From a virus (taxonomy: Duplodnaviria > Caudoviricetes): 45,506 nucleotides of DNA. The DNA lies in the IMG/VR virus record IMGVR_UViG_3300027222_000006, positions 1 to 45,506 of that record; one strand, written 5' to 3'. The notes under the pieces are model-generated. The model saw only the letters and a program-made list of their open reading frames with translations, ran no database searches and was not told the origin of the DNA. Positions 25,028 to 34,583 of this stretch are shown in pieces. Each line of letters begins with the position of its first letter. Positions within the stretch are counted from its first letter, which is position 1. A program made the translations under genes and the position numbers.

Positions 25028-27130
25028 TTATTTTTTGAATCTCTTAGCAATTTCTTCTGCCATACCAGTTACATCATAACCAATATTTGATTTCTTTGGC
25101 TCTTCAACCTGCTTTGATTCTGTAATCATTTCAACCTTTTCCATAACTGGAGCAACCTCTCTTAGATCTCTCGTCTGCCAGAAGTTTGCAACCTGGTATG
25201 GTGTTGATAGTTTAACCATCTTAGCTTGCGCTGTTAGTTGGTTTTTCTTAGCTTCAGATAGAGTGTTCCAGATTTCTTTGTATTCAGATGGAGCTGCTTC
25301 TACAAAGTAAGGTGCTGTTTGACCAGCAACTTCAACTAGAGCGCCTTCCATTAGAATATTGATTTGAGATTCTGTTAGGTAACCTCTACCTTCAACTGCT
25401 GTAAGAACTTTTGTCTTATCTTCAGTTGATAGCTCGTTGTATTTGTTTTGAGTTGCCTCTGATACAATCTTAAAGAAGTGTGGATCGTTAGTCTTCTTTT
25501 CAGTAGCTTTGTTGATTAGAACAGAAAGCTTCTCAGAGATTTCTCTCTTGTATGCTTCCATTGCATCTTCTTCTTTAGCTTCTTCCTCAGCTTCTTCTTC
25601 AGGAGTTTCTGATGCTTCATGCTCTTCAGACTCTTCTTCGGTGATTACATCATTTTCAGATGGCATTTCCTTGTCACCGTCTTCAACTTTTTCGTCGCCA
25701 GTAACATCCTTCATATCGTCAGCATCCATGTCAGTTGCTTCAATACCTGCGTCTTCACCTTCAACAGAACCTTCAGCTGAGTTATCACCAGCTTCAACTT
25801 TCTCGTCTTCAATTTCTTCAACATCCTTTGCGCCTTCTGCTGATTCTTCAGTCATTGCATCTTCTTCAGATGGCATTTCTTGATCAGCATCTTCAACCTT
25901 CTCTTCGCCAGTAACATCTTTCATGTCTTCAGCGTCCATATCAGTTGCTTCAACACCTGCGTCTTCACCTTCTACTGAACCTTCAGCAGAATTGTCGCCA
26001 GCTGCAACTTCTTCGTCTTCAATCTCTTCCATGTTCTTAGCACCTTCAGCAGATTCTTCTTCCATGATTAGATTTGAATTGATTGTTTCAGCGATGTAAT
26101 CAGCGTATTGTGAAATTGATTCAACATTTTCTTTTAGGTAGTTTAGGTACTTAGTTACGTTTTCGTAATCTGCAGCGCCATCATTCATTGCTTCAGCTAG
26201 GTAGTTTGCATATTCCTTAACATTTGAAGCTGCCTCAGCAACATGCTCTGTGTAAGAAATTGATTGGTCTACCTTTTCAGCAACATAGTTAGAATAGTCG
26301 ATTGACTTGTCTAGGTTTTCTGCGATGTACTCAGTGTATTGAATACCTTTATCAGCTCTCTCAGCAACGTGTTCTACGTAACTTGTCAGAGCATTTAGTT
26401 TCTCTTCAATGTTATCAGTAGAAGTACCTGCTAGAGATTCTTTAAGCGCCTTGATTTCTTCAGCTAAGTACGCAGAATACTTATTGAAATCTTCAACCGC
26501 TACAAATCTAGCTTGATTTTCCATGATTTTATTTTCGTTATTTTGATTTGAGATTTTTTCAGTTTCTGTAACTAGCGAATCTGGCGTAATTTCAAAGATT
26601 TGAATATTATCATCCGCCGCAAAGCCATAAGATTCATTAACCCTGTTTAGTTCTGCATTTGCAAAACCTGGATCAGCAACAAGATCATAAGTGAAAAGTT
26701 GTTTAATTTTAACTTGACCACTTTCGCTAACCTCACCGGCAGCTCTTGATGAAATTTGTAAAGGAACACCTGCATCAACAAGCGCTTTCGCTTGCTTACC
26801 AGCATCAGTGTCTAGAAGTCTAATTTTGCCTCTAACTTGCTTTGCCTCTTTATCGTAGTAAAGTTCCTCAATGACGTGAGAAACATTCTTTAAAGAAATA
26901 TCGAATTTAGCCGGGTGATCTAGTTCACCAAGTAGCTTCGATGATTTGATTTTTTCTTGAAGAGCTTCAATCTGTGGAACGTATTCGTCTTCAGTGTAGA
27001 TACGATTGTTTTTATTCTTCTTATCGATTTCACCGAAAATACCTTCTAAGATATATGCGCCATCGTTAGACTTAGAGCTTAACGTTGCCGAAGATCTCTC
27101 TAGAATTAGTAGATTATTGTTATGATTCAT
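25028..27130 (-). CDS. Prohead protease (gp21-like) fused to scaffold/core domain (gp22-like)
   Basis: LEGIF...NKNNRIY, LGELDHP, VSH, ISSRAAG and TYDLVADPGF motifs, followed by a long acidic coiled region. Confidence 0.9.
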   Translation of the reverse strand: MNHNNNLLILERSSATLSSKSNDGAYILEGIFGEIDKKNKNNRIYTEDEYVPQIEALQEKIKSSKLLGELDHPAKFDISLKNVSHVIEELYYDKEAKQVRGKIRLLDTDAGKQAKALVDAGVPLQISSRAAGEVSESGQVKIKQLFTYDLVADPGFANAELNRVNESYGFAADDNIQIFEITPDSLVTETEKISNQNNENKIMENQARFVAVEDFNKYSAYLAEEIKALKESLAGTSTDNIEEKLNALTSYVEHVAERADKGIQYTEYIAENLDKSIDYSNYVAEKVDQSISYTEHVAEAASNVKEYANYLAEAMNDGAADYENVTKYLNYLKENVESISQYADYIAETINSNLIMEEESAEGAKNMEEIEDEEVAAGDNSAEGSVEGEDAGVEATDMDAEDMKDVTGEEKVEDADQEMPSEEDAMTEESAEGAKDVEEIEDEKVEAGDNSAEGSVEGEDAGIEATDMDADDMKDVTGDEKVEDGDKEMPSENDVITEEESEEHEASETPEEEAEEEAKEEDAMEAYKREISEKLSVLINKATEKKTNDPHFFKIVSEATQNKYNELSTEDKTKVLTAVEGRGYLTESQINILMEGALVEVAGQTAPYFVEAAPSEYKEIWNTLSEAKKNQLTAQAKMVKLSTPYQVANFWQTRDLREVAPVMEKVEMITESKQVEEPKKSNIGYDVTGMAEEIAKRFKK
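25640..26059 (-). repeat. 210-bp (70-aa) tandem duplication in the scaffold domain
   Basis: EESAEGAK...GDNSAEGSVEGEDAG.EATDMDA.DMKDVTG.EKVED.D.EMPSE occurs twice (25850-26059, 25640-25849). Confidence 0.9.
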
Positions 27131-27203
27131 GAATCTAATAGTATGTTTGTTTATATATCAGCTTTAAAAAACAAGAAATTTAATTTTTTATTGATTTAAT
27201 TTC

Positions 27204-27539
27204 TTAGATTCCAGCTAGTGGATCGTCACCTTCACCACCTTCAGCTTCTTTTTCTTCTTCTTTTTCTTTTTCTTTAATCTCAGCATTATAGTCATTATAA
27301 TAAGAAATGACTTTAGAGATATCTTCAGTTGAAAAAGCAAGCTCACCATACTTTTCACGAATCTTATCTTCAACTTGTTTGTCGTTGTCAGAAGAAATAA
27401 CAATACCTAGGATTTCTTCAGAAGAAATTTCAGTACCGTTATGTGTAATCATATCGTCAATTACAACCTCAGATTCAGGACCTGCATTAATCGCTTCTTC
27501 TGCGACAAATTGTTCAAATGTTTTGATAAATGATCTCAT
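27204..27539 (-). CDS. Acidic prohead core/internal protein with CTS-like N-terminus
   Basis: Between portal and protease (gp67/68 position in T4); MRSFIKTFEQFVAEE. Confidence 0.7.
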   Translation of the reverse strand: MRSFIKTFEQFVAEEAINAGPESEVVIDDMITHNGTEISSEEILGIVISSDNDKQVEDKIREKYGELAFSTEDISKVISYYNDYNAEIKEKEKEEEKEAEGGEGDDPLAGI

Positions 27540-27558
27540 ATTAATTTATACTTTGTTT

Positions 27559-29157
27559 TTACATGCCCATTCCCATTGGATCGGCTGGTTCTTCACCGGC
27601 CTTCTCCTCTTCTTCTCTAGCTTTATAAGCATCATTTGCCGCCTTATCGTCTGGAGAAAGCTTTAGATACTTATCAACTAAGAAGTCCATATTAAAGAAG
27701 TATTCTTCTTCCATGGTTACTGGGTCAGTAATCATTAGGTTATCGCGCATTTGACCAATAAAGTCTAATCTACGCTCCATGATTTCCATATGCTTCAATT
27801 CAGCAAACATGTTCTCTTCATTAAATCTTAGGGCGATTTGTGTTCTGAACTGCGGATCATTTGCAAATTCAGGATATTTTAGACACATCTGTAAGTACAT
27901 TGGCTTAACAAGAATTTCTTGGAAAGCAGAACGTAGTCTTCTTACAAACTTAGAGAATTTAATTTCGTCTCTAATCATACCATCAGCGGCTAGGTTGAAA
28001 TCACCACCACCGTCTTCATACATAAATCTATTGTATGGGATTTTAGAAACGTGCTTTAGTTTATCTGAGAAGTACTTTAGTGCTTCAACATCAGATAGGT
28101 CTGGACCGTCACCGCCAAGTGTTTCAATTTCTGGCGTCTCACCGTCCTTAGAAGGTAACCAGTATTCTCTAGAGAACTGAAGCATTGGCTTACCGTCTGT
28201 CATTAGAGAACCAGATTCCCAATCAAAATCAACTACCTCTTTGTAGTTGTGCATTAATTGTGCAAGAGATTGTTTTGCTCTTGTCTTAGACTTACCACCC
28301 ATTGGGATGACAAACTTCATACGGAATGAAGCATTAGTCACTGCCCAAATAACACGTGTATGTTCCATGATTCTAAGCAAGTTAAACGCTCTAATAAGAC
28401 GCTCAACATAAGAAACCCTTGAAACCGTTGTGATTGATGAATAAGAAATATAAAGAATCTGTGAATCGTATAGGACCCTTTCTTTAATTGGCTGGTCCTT
28501 AAACTGAATCCAAACCTTTTTACCGTCTTCTTTATTAAAGCCCGGCATTAGTGTGATAGGATCTATTTCCTTAAAACCAATAATCTCATCCTGATTTTCA
28601 TTGTAAATAATTTCAAATGATAGATAACCATCAATAAGAAACTTACGGAAAAAGTACCAAGCTGATTGATCGCCATTAAAACCAAAGTATTGGTAGATTT
28701 GGCGGAAAGATCTTTTAAAATAATTGTCAACCTCATCTGAAACATCTAGACCAATAATGTCTGGATAACAGAAGAAGTTTTTATCATCATATACAATTGT
28801 CTCATCACAAAGAATGTCAAGGATATCCTCAATCTCATCATGTAATGCAAACCTTCTAAGTTCGTCTCTCTTAGATGGGTAATCCCTATCAAATAGAGGG
28901 ATTGACTTTCGCATATTGGTGTCAGTCATTGACAACGCCGCGAATGCACCATAAATATCATCATTGTCAAGACCCATCATATTCATCTGACCATACCCTA
29001 GGGCATCCTCAGTTGGACCGATGGCCTGAGACTGACGCAGTACCATGTCGTCGTAGTACATACCAAACGACGATAAGCTCTTAAGAGCGGTACTTAATGT
29101 GAATGGCCTCTTACCATAAGAAAGAGGTCCATTTTTATCATTTACAAAACCTGCCAT
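27559..29157 (-). CDS. Portal protein (T4 gp20-like)
   Basis: FRKFLIDG, SYVERLIRAFNLLRIME, EYWLPSKDG..PEIETL.G and RDEIKFSKFV.RLR motifs. Confidence 0.95.
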   Translation of the reverse strand: MAGFVNDKNGPLSYGKRPFTLSTALKSLSSFGMYYDDMVLRQSQAIGPTEDALGYGQMNMMGLDNDDIYGAFAALSMTDTNMRKSIPLFDRDYPSKRDELRRFALHDEIEDILDILCDETIVYDDKNFFCYPDIIGLDVSDEVDNYFKRSFRQIYQYFGFNGDQSAWYFFRKFLIDGYLSFEIIYNENQDEIIGFKEIDPITLMPGFNKEDGKKVWIQFKDQPIKERVLYDSQILYISYSSITTVSRVSYVERLIRAFNLLRIMEHTRVIWAVTNASFRMKFVIPMGGKSKTRAKQSLAQLMHNYKEVVDFDWESGSLMTDGKPMLQFSREYWLPSKDGETPEIETLGGDGPDLSDVEALKYFSDKLKHVSKIPYNRFMYEDGGGDFNLAADGMIRDEIKFSKFVRRLRSAFQEILVKPMYLQMCLKYPEFANDPQFRTQIALRFNEENMFAELKHMEIMERRLDFIGQMRDNLMITDPVTMEEEYFFNMDFLVDKYLKLSPDDKAANDAYKAREEEEKAGEEPADPMGMGM

Positions 29158-29176
29158 TTAACTGCTTTAAATTTCT

Positions 29177-29782
29177 TTATATATTCTTACTCTTATAATA
29201 CTTTTTGTAGAGCGATTCTAACTGTTCTTTAGTAATACCTTGTAGGTCAGCAAAGTCGCACAACACAATGTTTGCCCAGTTTTCATAAGACACCACGGCT
29301 TGTTTCTTTTTTATGCCGGGGATATATTGTCTAATTGCAAAACCAAATCCATACTTATCGAGATAACGCTTAGCACCTTCATAAGAAAGTCTTAATTGTC
29401 CTTGCGCTTTGGCGTTTTCTGCGGCACGAGTTTCATTGGTTTTAATCTGGCCATTTAATCTTATATGCACATCATCGAGTAATGTTTCTTTTAGCTTCTG
29501 TGGAAGCAGATTAAGATTAATGCCAACATCGTTGTTATTATAAGGATCGAGCGCCAATACAACAGGGTTCTTATCCCACCATTGTAAAGTCTCTGTTACC
29601 GGATTGTCGTACCTAAATACATATATTTTACCAGGTACAAATCTGCCGCCATCTTTTGCAACAGATTTATCTAAGAAAGTTTTGAGTGCTGTTGAATACC
29701 AATCAGTGGCACCTTTAATTGCCTTTGATTTAGAACCAGCTGTTTTTATTTTATCAGCAATGTCTTTCTTAATTTGACCCAT
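29177..29782 (-). CDS. DNA end protector protein (gp2-like)
   Basis: PGKIYVFRYD...WDKNPVVL...GINLNLLP...RQY motifs; start revised to MGQIKK (TAATG coupling). Confidence 0.75.
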   Translation of the reverse strand: MGQIKKDIADKIKTAGSKSKAIKGATDWYSTALKTFLDKSVAKDGGRFVPGKIYVFRYDNPVTETLQWWDKNPVVLALDPYNNNDVGINLNLLPQKLKETLLDDVHIRLNGQIKTNETRAAENAKAQGQLRLSYEGAKRYLDKYGFGFAIRQYIPGIKKKQAVVSYENWANIVLCDFADLQGITKEQLESLYKKYYKSKNI

Positions 29783-30258
29783 TACTTCAGAGATTTTTCT
29801 GTCATTACGGCGAATTTCCAACCACGTTCATTAGCAAACTGTTGTGCCGCAATATATTTATCCCTATTAATTACATACTGTTCTGCAAGGAACTTATAGT
29901 TCTTAAGCGCTTTTTGACTATTAGTTGTCGGTGGCTTTGGTTTTTTAATTTGGGCCTCTGGTTTGATTTCAATAATCATGTGCCCAATTGAACCATCGTT
30001 CTTAAGTATCTTTATATAAAAGTCTGGGAAGTAATTACGTTGCTTATTATGGAGCTTTGACCAGTATGGTATCTGTATAGGTTCGCTGGACCACATAATT
30101 ACATTTTCATTTCGGTCGCACCACATCATAAACTTACGTTCCCATGATGACCTGTAAATAATTGGCTGTGGACCAACGTATTTTGCTAAATTAGTTGGCG
30201 TAAAATAACCCTGTACAAATCCGGATTTTTGGGTTGGCTTTATTCTTTTAATTGACAT
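29782..30258 (-). CDS. Head completion nuclease (gp4-like, TnsA-type PD-(D/E)XK)
   Basis: KYVG...IIYRSSWERKFM.WCD, WSSEP, YFPDF, EIKP and W.F..MTE motifs. Confidence 0.9.
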   Translation of the reverse strand: MSIKRIKPTQKSGFVQGYFTPTNLAKYVGPQPIIYRSSWERKFMMWCDRNENVIMWSSEPIQIPYWSKLHNKQRNYFPDFYIKILKNDGSIGHMIIEIKPEAQIKKPKPPTTNSQKALKNYKFLAEQYVINRDKYIAAQQFANERGWKFAVMTEKSLK

Positions 30259-30632
30259 TAGATTGAAAACAATCCACCGTCTTCGCCACTGTTAGCTCCA
30301 GCTCTATCGATGGACATTGTGTCTTTGTATTTTACTGGATGTAGTTTGTTCCATCCTTTAGCATAACCACGCTTGGCGATTTCTGTAAAGTATGCAAATG
30401 CATTTGGATAATCTGGATTAAAGTTCTTCCAGTATTTCAAAAGATCTAGCAATGCAAATTGAAGGCAATCCTCGCGGTCTTCGTCATAGACATAAGACAT
30501 TTTACGGATAGCACGCTCAGCAAGAAGCATAAGCATCTTTTCGGCAGTTGGCGTTAATTTACCCTGCTCTTTAGATTTAACAATCTCATTGTATAAATCT
30601 TTATTGTTTAAATAATTTTTAGGTTTAGCCAC
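30258..30632 (-). CDS. Late-transcription sigma factor (gp55-like, 124 aa, GTG start)
   Basis: NYLNNKDLY...EDC...NFNP...NAFAYFTEI parallels gp55 YVNN...NPFAYFTQI. Confidence 0.75.
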   Translation of the reverse strand: MAKPKNYLNNKDLYNEIVKSKEQGKLTPTAEKMLMLLAERAIRKMSYVYDEDREDCLQFALLDLLKYWKNFNPDYPNAFAYFTEIAKRGYAKGWNKLHPVKYKDTMSIDRAGANSGEDGGLFSI

Positions 30633-30685
30633 CTGTGATATATTGTTTTTTAACGTAGTGTATCAAATAATACTTATTATACAAT

Positions 30686-30719
30686 AAAAAGGTCGCATTG
30701 TTTATAATGCGACCTTTTC
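30686..30719. terminator. Bidirectional terminator-like hairpin overlapping a middle-type promoter
   Basis: AAAAAGGTCGCATT-GTTTTAT-AATGCGACCTTTT. Confidence 0.7.
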
Positions 30720-30742
30720 ATATTAAAAATATTTGAGCAGTA

Positions 30743-31270
30743 TTAAATGCCTTCGCCCTGTTCGAGCTCTAGTTTTGATTTTGGAACCCTTAGAAGATCT
30801 TCATCTTCAGAGTTTAGAAAACAAACTACAAGGTCATCATTTCCTGCTTGAGAATAACCCAACGCGTCGATTGCCAATTCAGTACCTTCAGGCATACCTT
30901 CCCATTCAAATGATAGGTAACCTGGTACATAGCCGTCAGAACGCGATGTATCTTCTTCTTTGATCATAAACTGCTCAAATGCTTTAATGTGAACAAATTT
31001 TCTAGTTTTAAACATAGATTCTTCCTTTATAGAAGTGTGTGATTCTTTAATACCGCGCTTGTTTAGCCACTTAGTCCAATCTTTATCAGACCAGTTCATT
31101 CTATCCTTTGCACCTAAATCCCAATAAGAATTAAAAACCTCAATTGAAAGATCTTGATCCCAACCAAATTCGTCATTCATATAATCGGCGAATTGAGTTT
31201 CGTCCATGTATTCCATTGAATTAACTAGGACGTCAATGATGATTTTAATATTTTTACCTTCGAGAATCAT
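30743..31270 (-). CDS. Hypothetical acidic protein (175 aa) with internal CTS-like motif
   Basis: ORF; internal HIKAFEQFMIKEE. Confidence 0.75.
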   Translation of the reverse strand: MILEGKNIKIIIDVLVNSMEYMDETQFADYMNDEFGWDQDLSIEVFNSYWDLGAKDRMNWSDKDWTKWLNKRGIKESHTSIKEESMFKTRKFVHIKAFEQFMIKEEDTSRSDGYVPGYLSFEWEGMPEGTELAIDALGYSQAGNDDLVVCFLNSEDEDLLRVPKSKLELEQGEGI

Positions 31271-32034
31271 TATAGAGAAGCTTTTAATTCTTTAATATCG
31301 TTTGTGAACTTTTCAATCTCACCCTCAATTAGAGCGTCAGCTGATTTAATTTCTGTAATAGCTCTATCAGCATCAGCTAATAGATTTCTTTGATCCTTTA
31401 GGAATGAAATCATTTCTTCAATCTTTTCAATCTTAGAAAGTGTTGATAGTCTAGCTACTGCATCACCTTCTAGAAGGTCTGCAACAAAAGTAGAGATATC
31501 AGTATTTGTCTTTTCATTAACGTAATCAACAAGCTCGTTTGCATTTTTAGCTTGGAAGAAGTTATACAACTTAGCTGTTTCATTTATTCTTGAAACAAAT
31601 AGATTGTCACCCATTCTCATAACGTTAATTAAGTTGTTGTTTTCTTTAATCGTTTTAACAAAATCAAGATCAACAAACTTATCAATATTTTTTGCAGCAT
31701 TTACAAATGCTTCTGCAACTGGCTTCTCGTCGTATCTAATAACACCCGCTGCCATAATATAGTTTACAAAACCTTCATCAAGAACTTGAGCATTGCCCAT
31801 ATAAAATGCATTTTCAGAAATGCTGTAATACATTTTATAGATACCCTTATACCATGTAATAGCATCGCTCGAAAAGCTAAAGTTTTCAACTGCCCATGCA
31901 AGTGGCATTAGTTCATTTGAAATTGTTTCGTTTTCAACAATTGTATTTTCTGTAGTATTGGCTGTAAATGATTTGCCGCTTAGGTAGAATTCTACAGAAG
32001 ATTCGTCAATAATTCTAATTGGTGAAAGATTCAT
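31270..32034 (-). CDS. Hypothetical late protein (254 aa) with C-terminal coiled coil
   Basis: ORF with late motif at 32056-32063. Confidence 0.8.
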   Translation of the reverse strand: MNLSPIRIIDESSVEFYLSGKSFTANTTENTIVENETISNELMPLAWAVENFSFSSDAITWYKGIYKMYYSISENAFYMGNAQVLDEGFVNYIMAAGVIRYDEKPVAEAFVNAAKNIDKFVDLDFVKTIKENNNLINVMRMGDNLFVSRINETAKLYNFFQAKNANELVDYVNEKTNTDISTFVADLLEGDAVARLSTLSKIEKIEEMISFLKDQRNLLADADRAITEIKSADALIEGEIEKFTNDIKELKASL

Positions 32035-32063
32035 AATTTATATCTTTTGTTTTTTTATATATC

Positions 32064-32894
32064 TTACTCTACAATGCGTTTTGGATTATCATCAGATGTT
32101 CTGTCAAAATCCTTTGGATCCGTAGATGTTGGTTGTGTATGAATTTGGAACATTCTATTACCAGCATGCATCTCTGTGTCCCATTCAAACGAAGGAACGA
32201 ATGAATTAATCTCAAGTGAGAACGTAACTTTATACCCCTCTTTTGAATCAAATGAAAATTCCATTGGGCGCTCTGTTGTATAATCTTCAGGCATTGCATA
32301 ATATGAAGGCAATCTATATGAACCTTCATTCAAGTCACCAACTTCAACGTTGTATTGATTTGATTTATAAAGACGCTTAATAATGCGCTCAGTAATTTTG
32401 AAATTATCTAATTGCGATGATGTGATAATTTCAACATCAACATTAATATTAATTGGAATCATTTCAAATTCAGCAGTATAACCCTGCATTGAACCGTTAT
32501 CATCCATTTTTGTATATGCACCTCTAATACGTTTATTGACTAGTTTACCAGAATCAACAGACATGCCAGTAAAATTAACAACGCCACGTGGAACCCTATC
32601 ATAATTACCATCAGCTTTTACTGAATCCGGTTCACATCTCAAACCATCCTTAGTTAAGAACAAGAAGTTATCCTTTAAGAAATCTTCATCTCCAGCAATA
32701 GCATAATAGAATGGCACATCAACCTCAACCCTACCCGGTTGTTGAACAACGGTACCGTCTGGTTGGATTTCAGTTCCACCATTACCAAGTTGGCGGTAGA
32801 AATAAACTTTGTTATTTAAGTCGGCTAAAAGACCGATAATAATCTGTCTAACGACACTATCGTCTTTGTTCCATTTTACGTTATAAGTTGCCAT
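32064..32894 (-). CDS. Tail sheath stabiliser/terminator (gp15-like)
   Basis: VDVPFYY, VPRG, IPININVDVEI...KITERI pattern; late motif at 32901-32908. Confidence 0.65.
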   Translation of the reverse strand: MATYNVKWNKDDSVVRQIIIGLLADLNNKVYFYRQLGNGGTEIQPDGTVVQQPGRVEVDVPFYYAIAGDEDFLKDNFLFLTKDGLRCEPDSVKADGNYDRVPRGVVNFTGMSVDSGKLVNKRIRGAYTKMDDNGSMQGYTAEFEMIPININVDVEIITSSQLDNFKITERIIKRLYKSNQYNVEVGDLNEGSYRLPSYYAMPEDYTTERPMEFSFDSKEGYKVTFSLEINSFVPSFEWDTEMHAGNRMFQIHTQPTSTDPKDFDRTSDDNPKRIVE

Positions 32895-32909
32895 AGATAT
32901 TATATATCC

Positions 32910-34583
32910 TTATTCTATGGTCTCAATCTCAAACTTAGAAAAGCCGTTATCACGATAGATTTGAATCTTTTTATCAAATATTTCGTGGGGTAAAACTGAG
33001 TGGTTAATGACAAAGGTATTGATTTTGTTTTCTTTAATAACCTGGTTTAGGATTTTAAGAATGTTATATACACCGTCTGAATCAACTGATGACAAAAGCT
33101 CATCCAAGAATAATAGGTTCAACTGTGGGAAGCGAAGCTTAAGAATCTTAATGATTGCAATGATGATAATAAAATCTGCGGCTTTGCGTTCTCCAGTTGA
33201 TAATGTCATTGGATTGATCTCTTCACCCAAGTGGTTAATGATGCAATTAAATTTATCATCAAAACGGATATGGAATGGCAAGTGCATTGTGTTAATCATT
33301 GCTGCAATATTTGCATTCAATCCTGGAAGGATTGTTTTAACCGCCATGTTCTTAACGCCATCTTCACCAAGAATCGCCTCAATTGTTTCAAGGAAGTAGT
33401 AGTCATTTGAAATCTTTGACTTCTCTACTGTTTTTGTATCTTCTTGTTCCTTGAATTGATTAATAATAGTTTCAAGATGCTTGAATTGCTCTGCATTACC
33501 AGATGCGCTTTGAATCTTAACCAGTTCATTTTTGAGAACCTGCATGTTTGTTTTAAGTGAAGATACCTTATCGCGAATCGCACCCTCTTTTTCTTTTGCA
33601 GATTGGATTGATGACTTGATAGATGCAACATCATCTTCGATTGCCGTCATTTTACCAGGGATTGCTTGAGCTGATTCCATGTATTCCTGCTTTTTGTGCT
33701 GGTGAAATTCAGTGTCGAGTGGTGTTTCACATGTTGGGCATGCATTTTTCTCGTATAGCGCAAGTTTCTTTTTAAGTGTTTGCAATTCATATTGCAAATT
33801 AGAATAAGAAACATTCTTTGTAGACAACTGGTCTTCAAATGTACCAAGCTTTTCTTTAATAGACGATTGGGCTTCTTCTAGCTTAATACGCGTATCATTA
33901 AACTTTGTAAGTTTATCCTTTAATCGCTGAATTTCATCTTTGTTCTTTTCTTCACTTTCTGCTTGCAAAACATTTAATTGCATCTTTACGCGAAGAATCG
34001 ATTCATTGATTTGTGTAAGTTCTGATTCAAAAGAATCTAGGTCGGTCTTAAGTGTCTTGCGTTCTTCTTTAACCAAACGCTGCATATCATTTAAGACAGA
34101 GAACCCAAACATCTTATCAATGATTTGCTTCTTATCAGCTGGTGTCATTGTTAAGAATGATTTGAAATCATTAATTGATAGGATAATAATATTCTTAAAT
34201 ACATGGTATGGGATACCATATACTTCATCTTCGAGATAATCCTGAACTGACCTCTTACCGGCTTTGTCATATTCAACACCGTTAATAGTTACATTGAATT
34301 TACTCGGTGCCAATCCACGTTCAACTACAACATCCATTGTACCACAACGCACGTGGACCTTAACCCACAATTCCTTATTGATTCTATTAGGAAGGTCGCT
34401 CAGCTTAACGCCCTCAACCTTACCATATAGACCAAATACAATAGCATTGGCAATGGTTGTCTTACCATATCCATTCTTACCCAATGTCAAATAAAGTTCT
34501 GCTGAATCTTCTGAAAATTCAAGCTTCTGCTTTTTGTTGCCGTAAGATGCGATATTTTTAAATTCTACTGATATAATTTTCAT
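32910..34583 (-). CDS. Recombination endonuclease ATPase subunit (gp46/SbcC/Rad50-like)
   Basis: FKNIASYGN, GKNGYGKTT, CPTC zinc hook, LSTGE and LFLDE motifs. Confidence 0.95.
   Translation of the reverse strand: MKIISVEFKNIASYGNKKQKLEFSEDSAELYLTLGKNGYGKTTIANAIVFGLYGKVEGVKLSDLPNRINKELWVKVHVRCGTMDVVVERGLAPSKFNVTINGVEYDKAGKRSVQDYLEDEVYGIPYHVFKNIIILSINDFKSFLTMTPADKKQIIDKMFGFSVLNDMQRLVKEERKTLKTDLDSFESELTQINESILRVKMQLNVLQAESEEKNKDEIQRLKDKLTKFNDTRIKLEEAQSSIKEKLGTFEDQLSTKNVSYSNLQYELQTLKKKLALYEKNACPTCETPLDTEFHQHKKQEYMESAQAIPGKMTAIEDDVASIKSSIQSAKEKEGAIRDKVSSLKTNMQVLKNELVKIQSASGNAEQFKHLETIINQFKEQEDTKTVEKSKISNDYYFLETIEAILGEDGVKNMAVKTILPGLNANIAAMINTMHLPFHIRFDDKFNCIINHLGEEINPMTLSTGERKAADFIIIIAIIKILKLRFPQLNLLFLDELLSSVDSDGVYNILKILNQVIKENKINTFVINHSVLPHEIFDKKIQIYRDNGFSKFEIETIE

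Noticed and set aside
29782-30258. TnsA transposase indicating a Tn7-like element
   Set aside because: Its position beside gp2 and portal and its motifs fit the T4 gp4 head-completion nuclease; no other Tn7 genes or ends are present.
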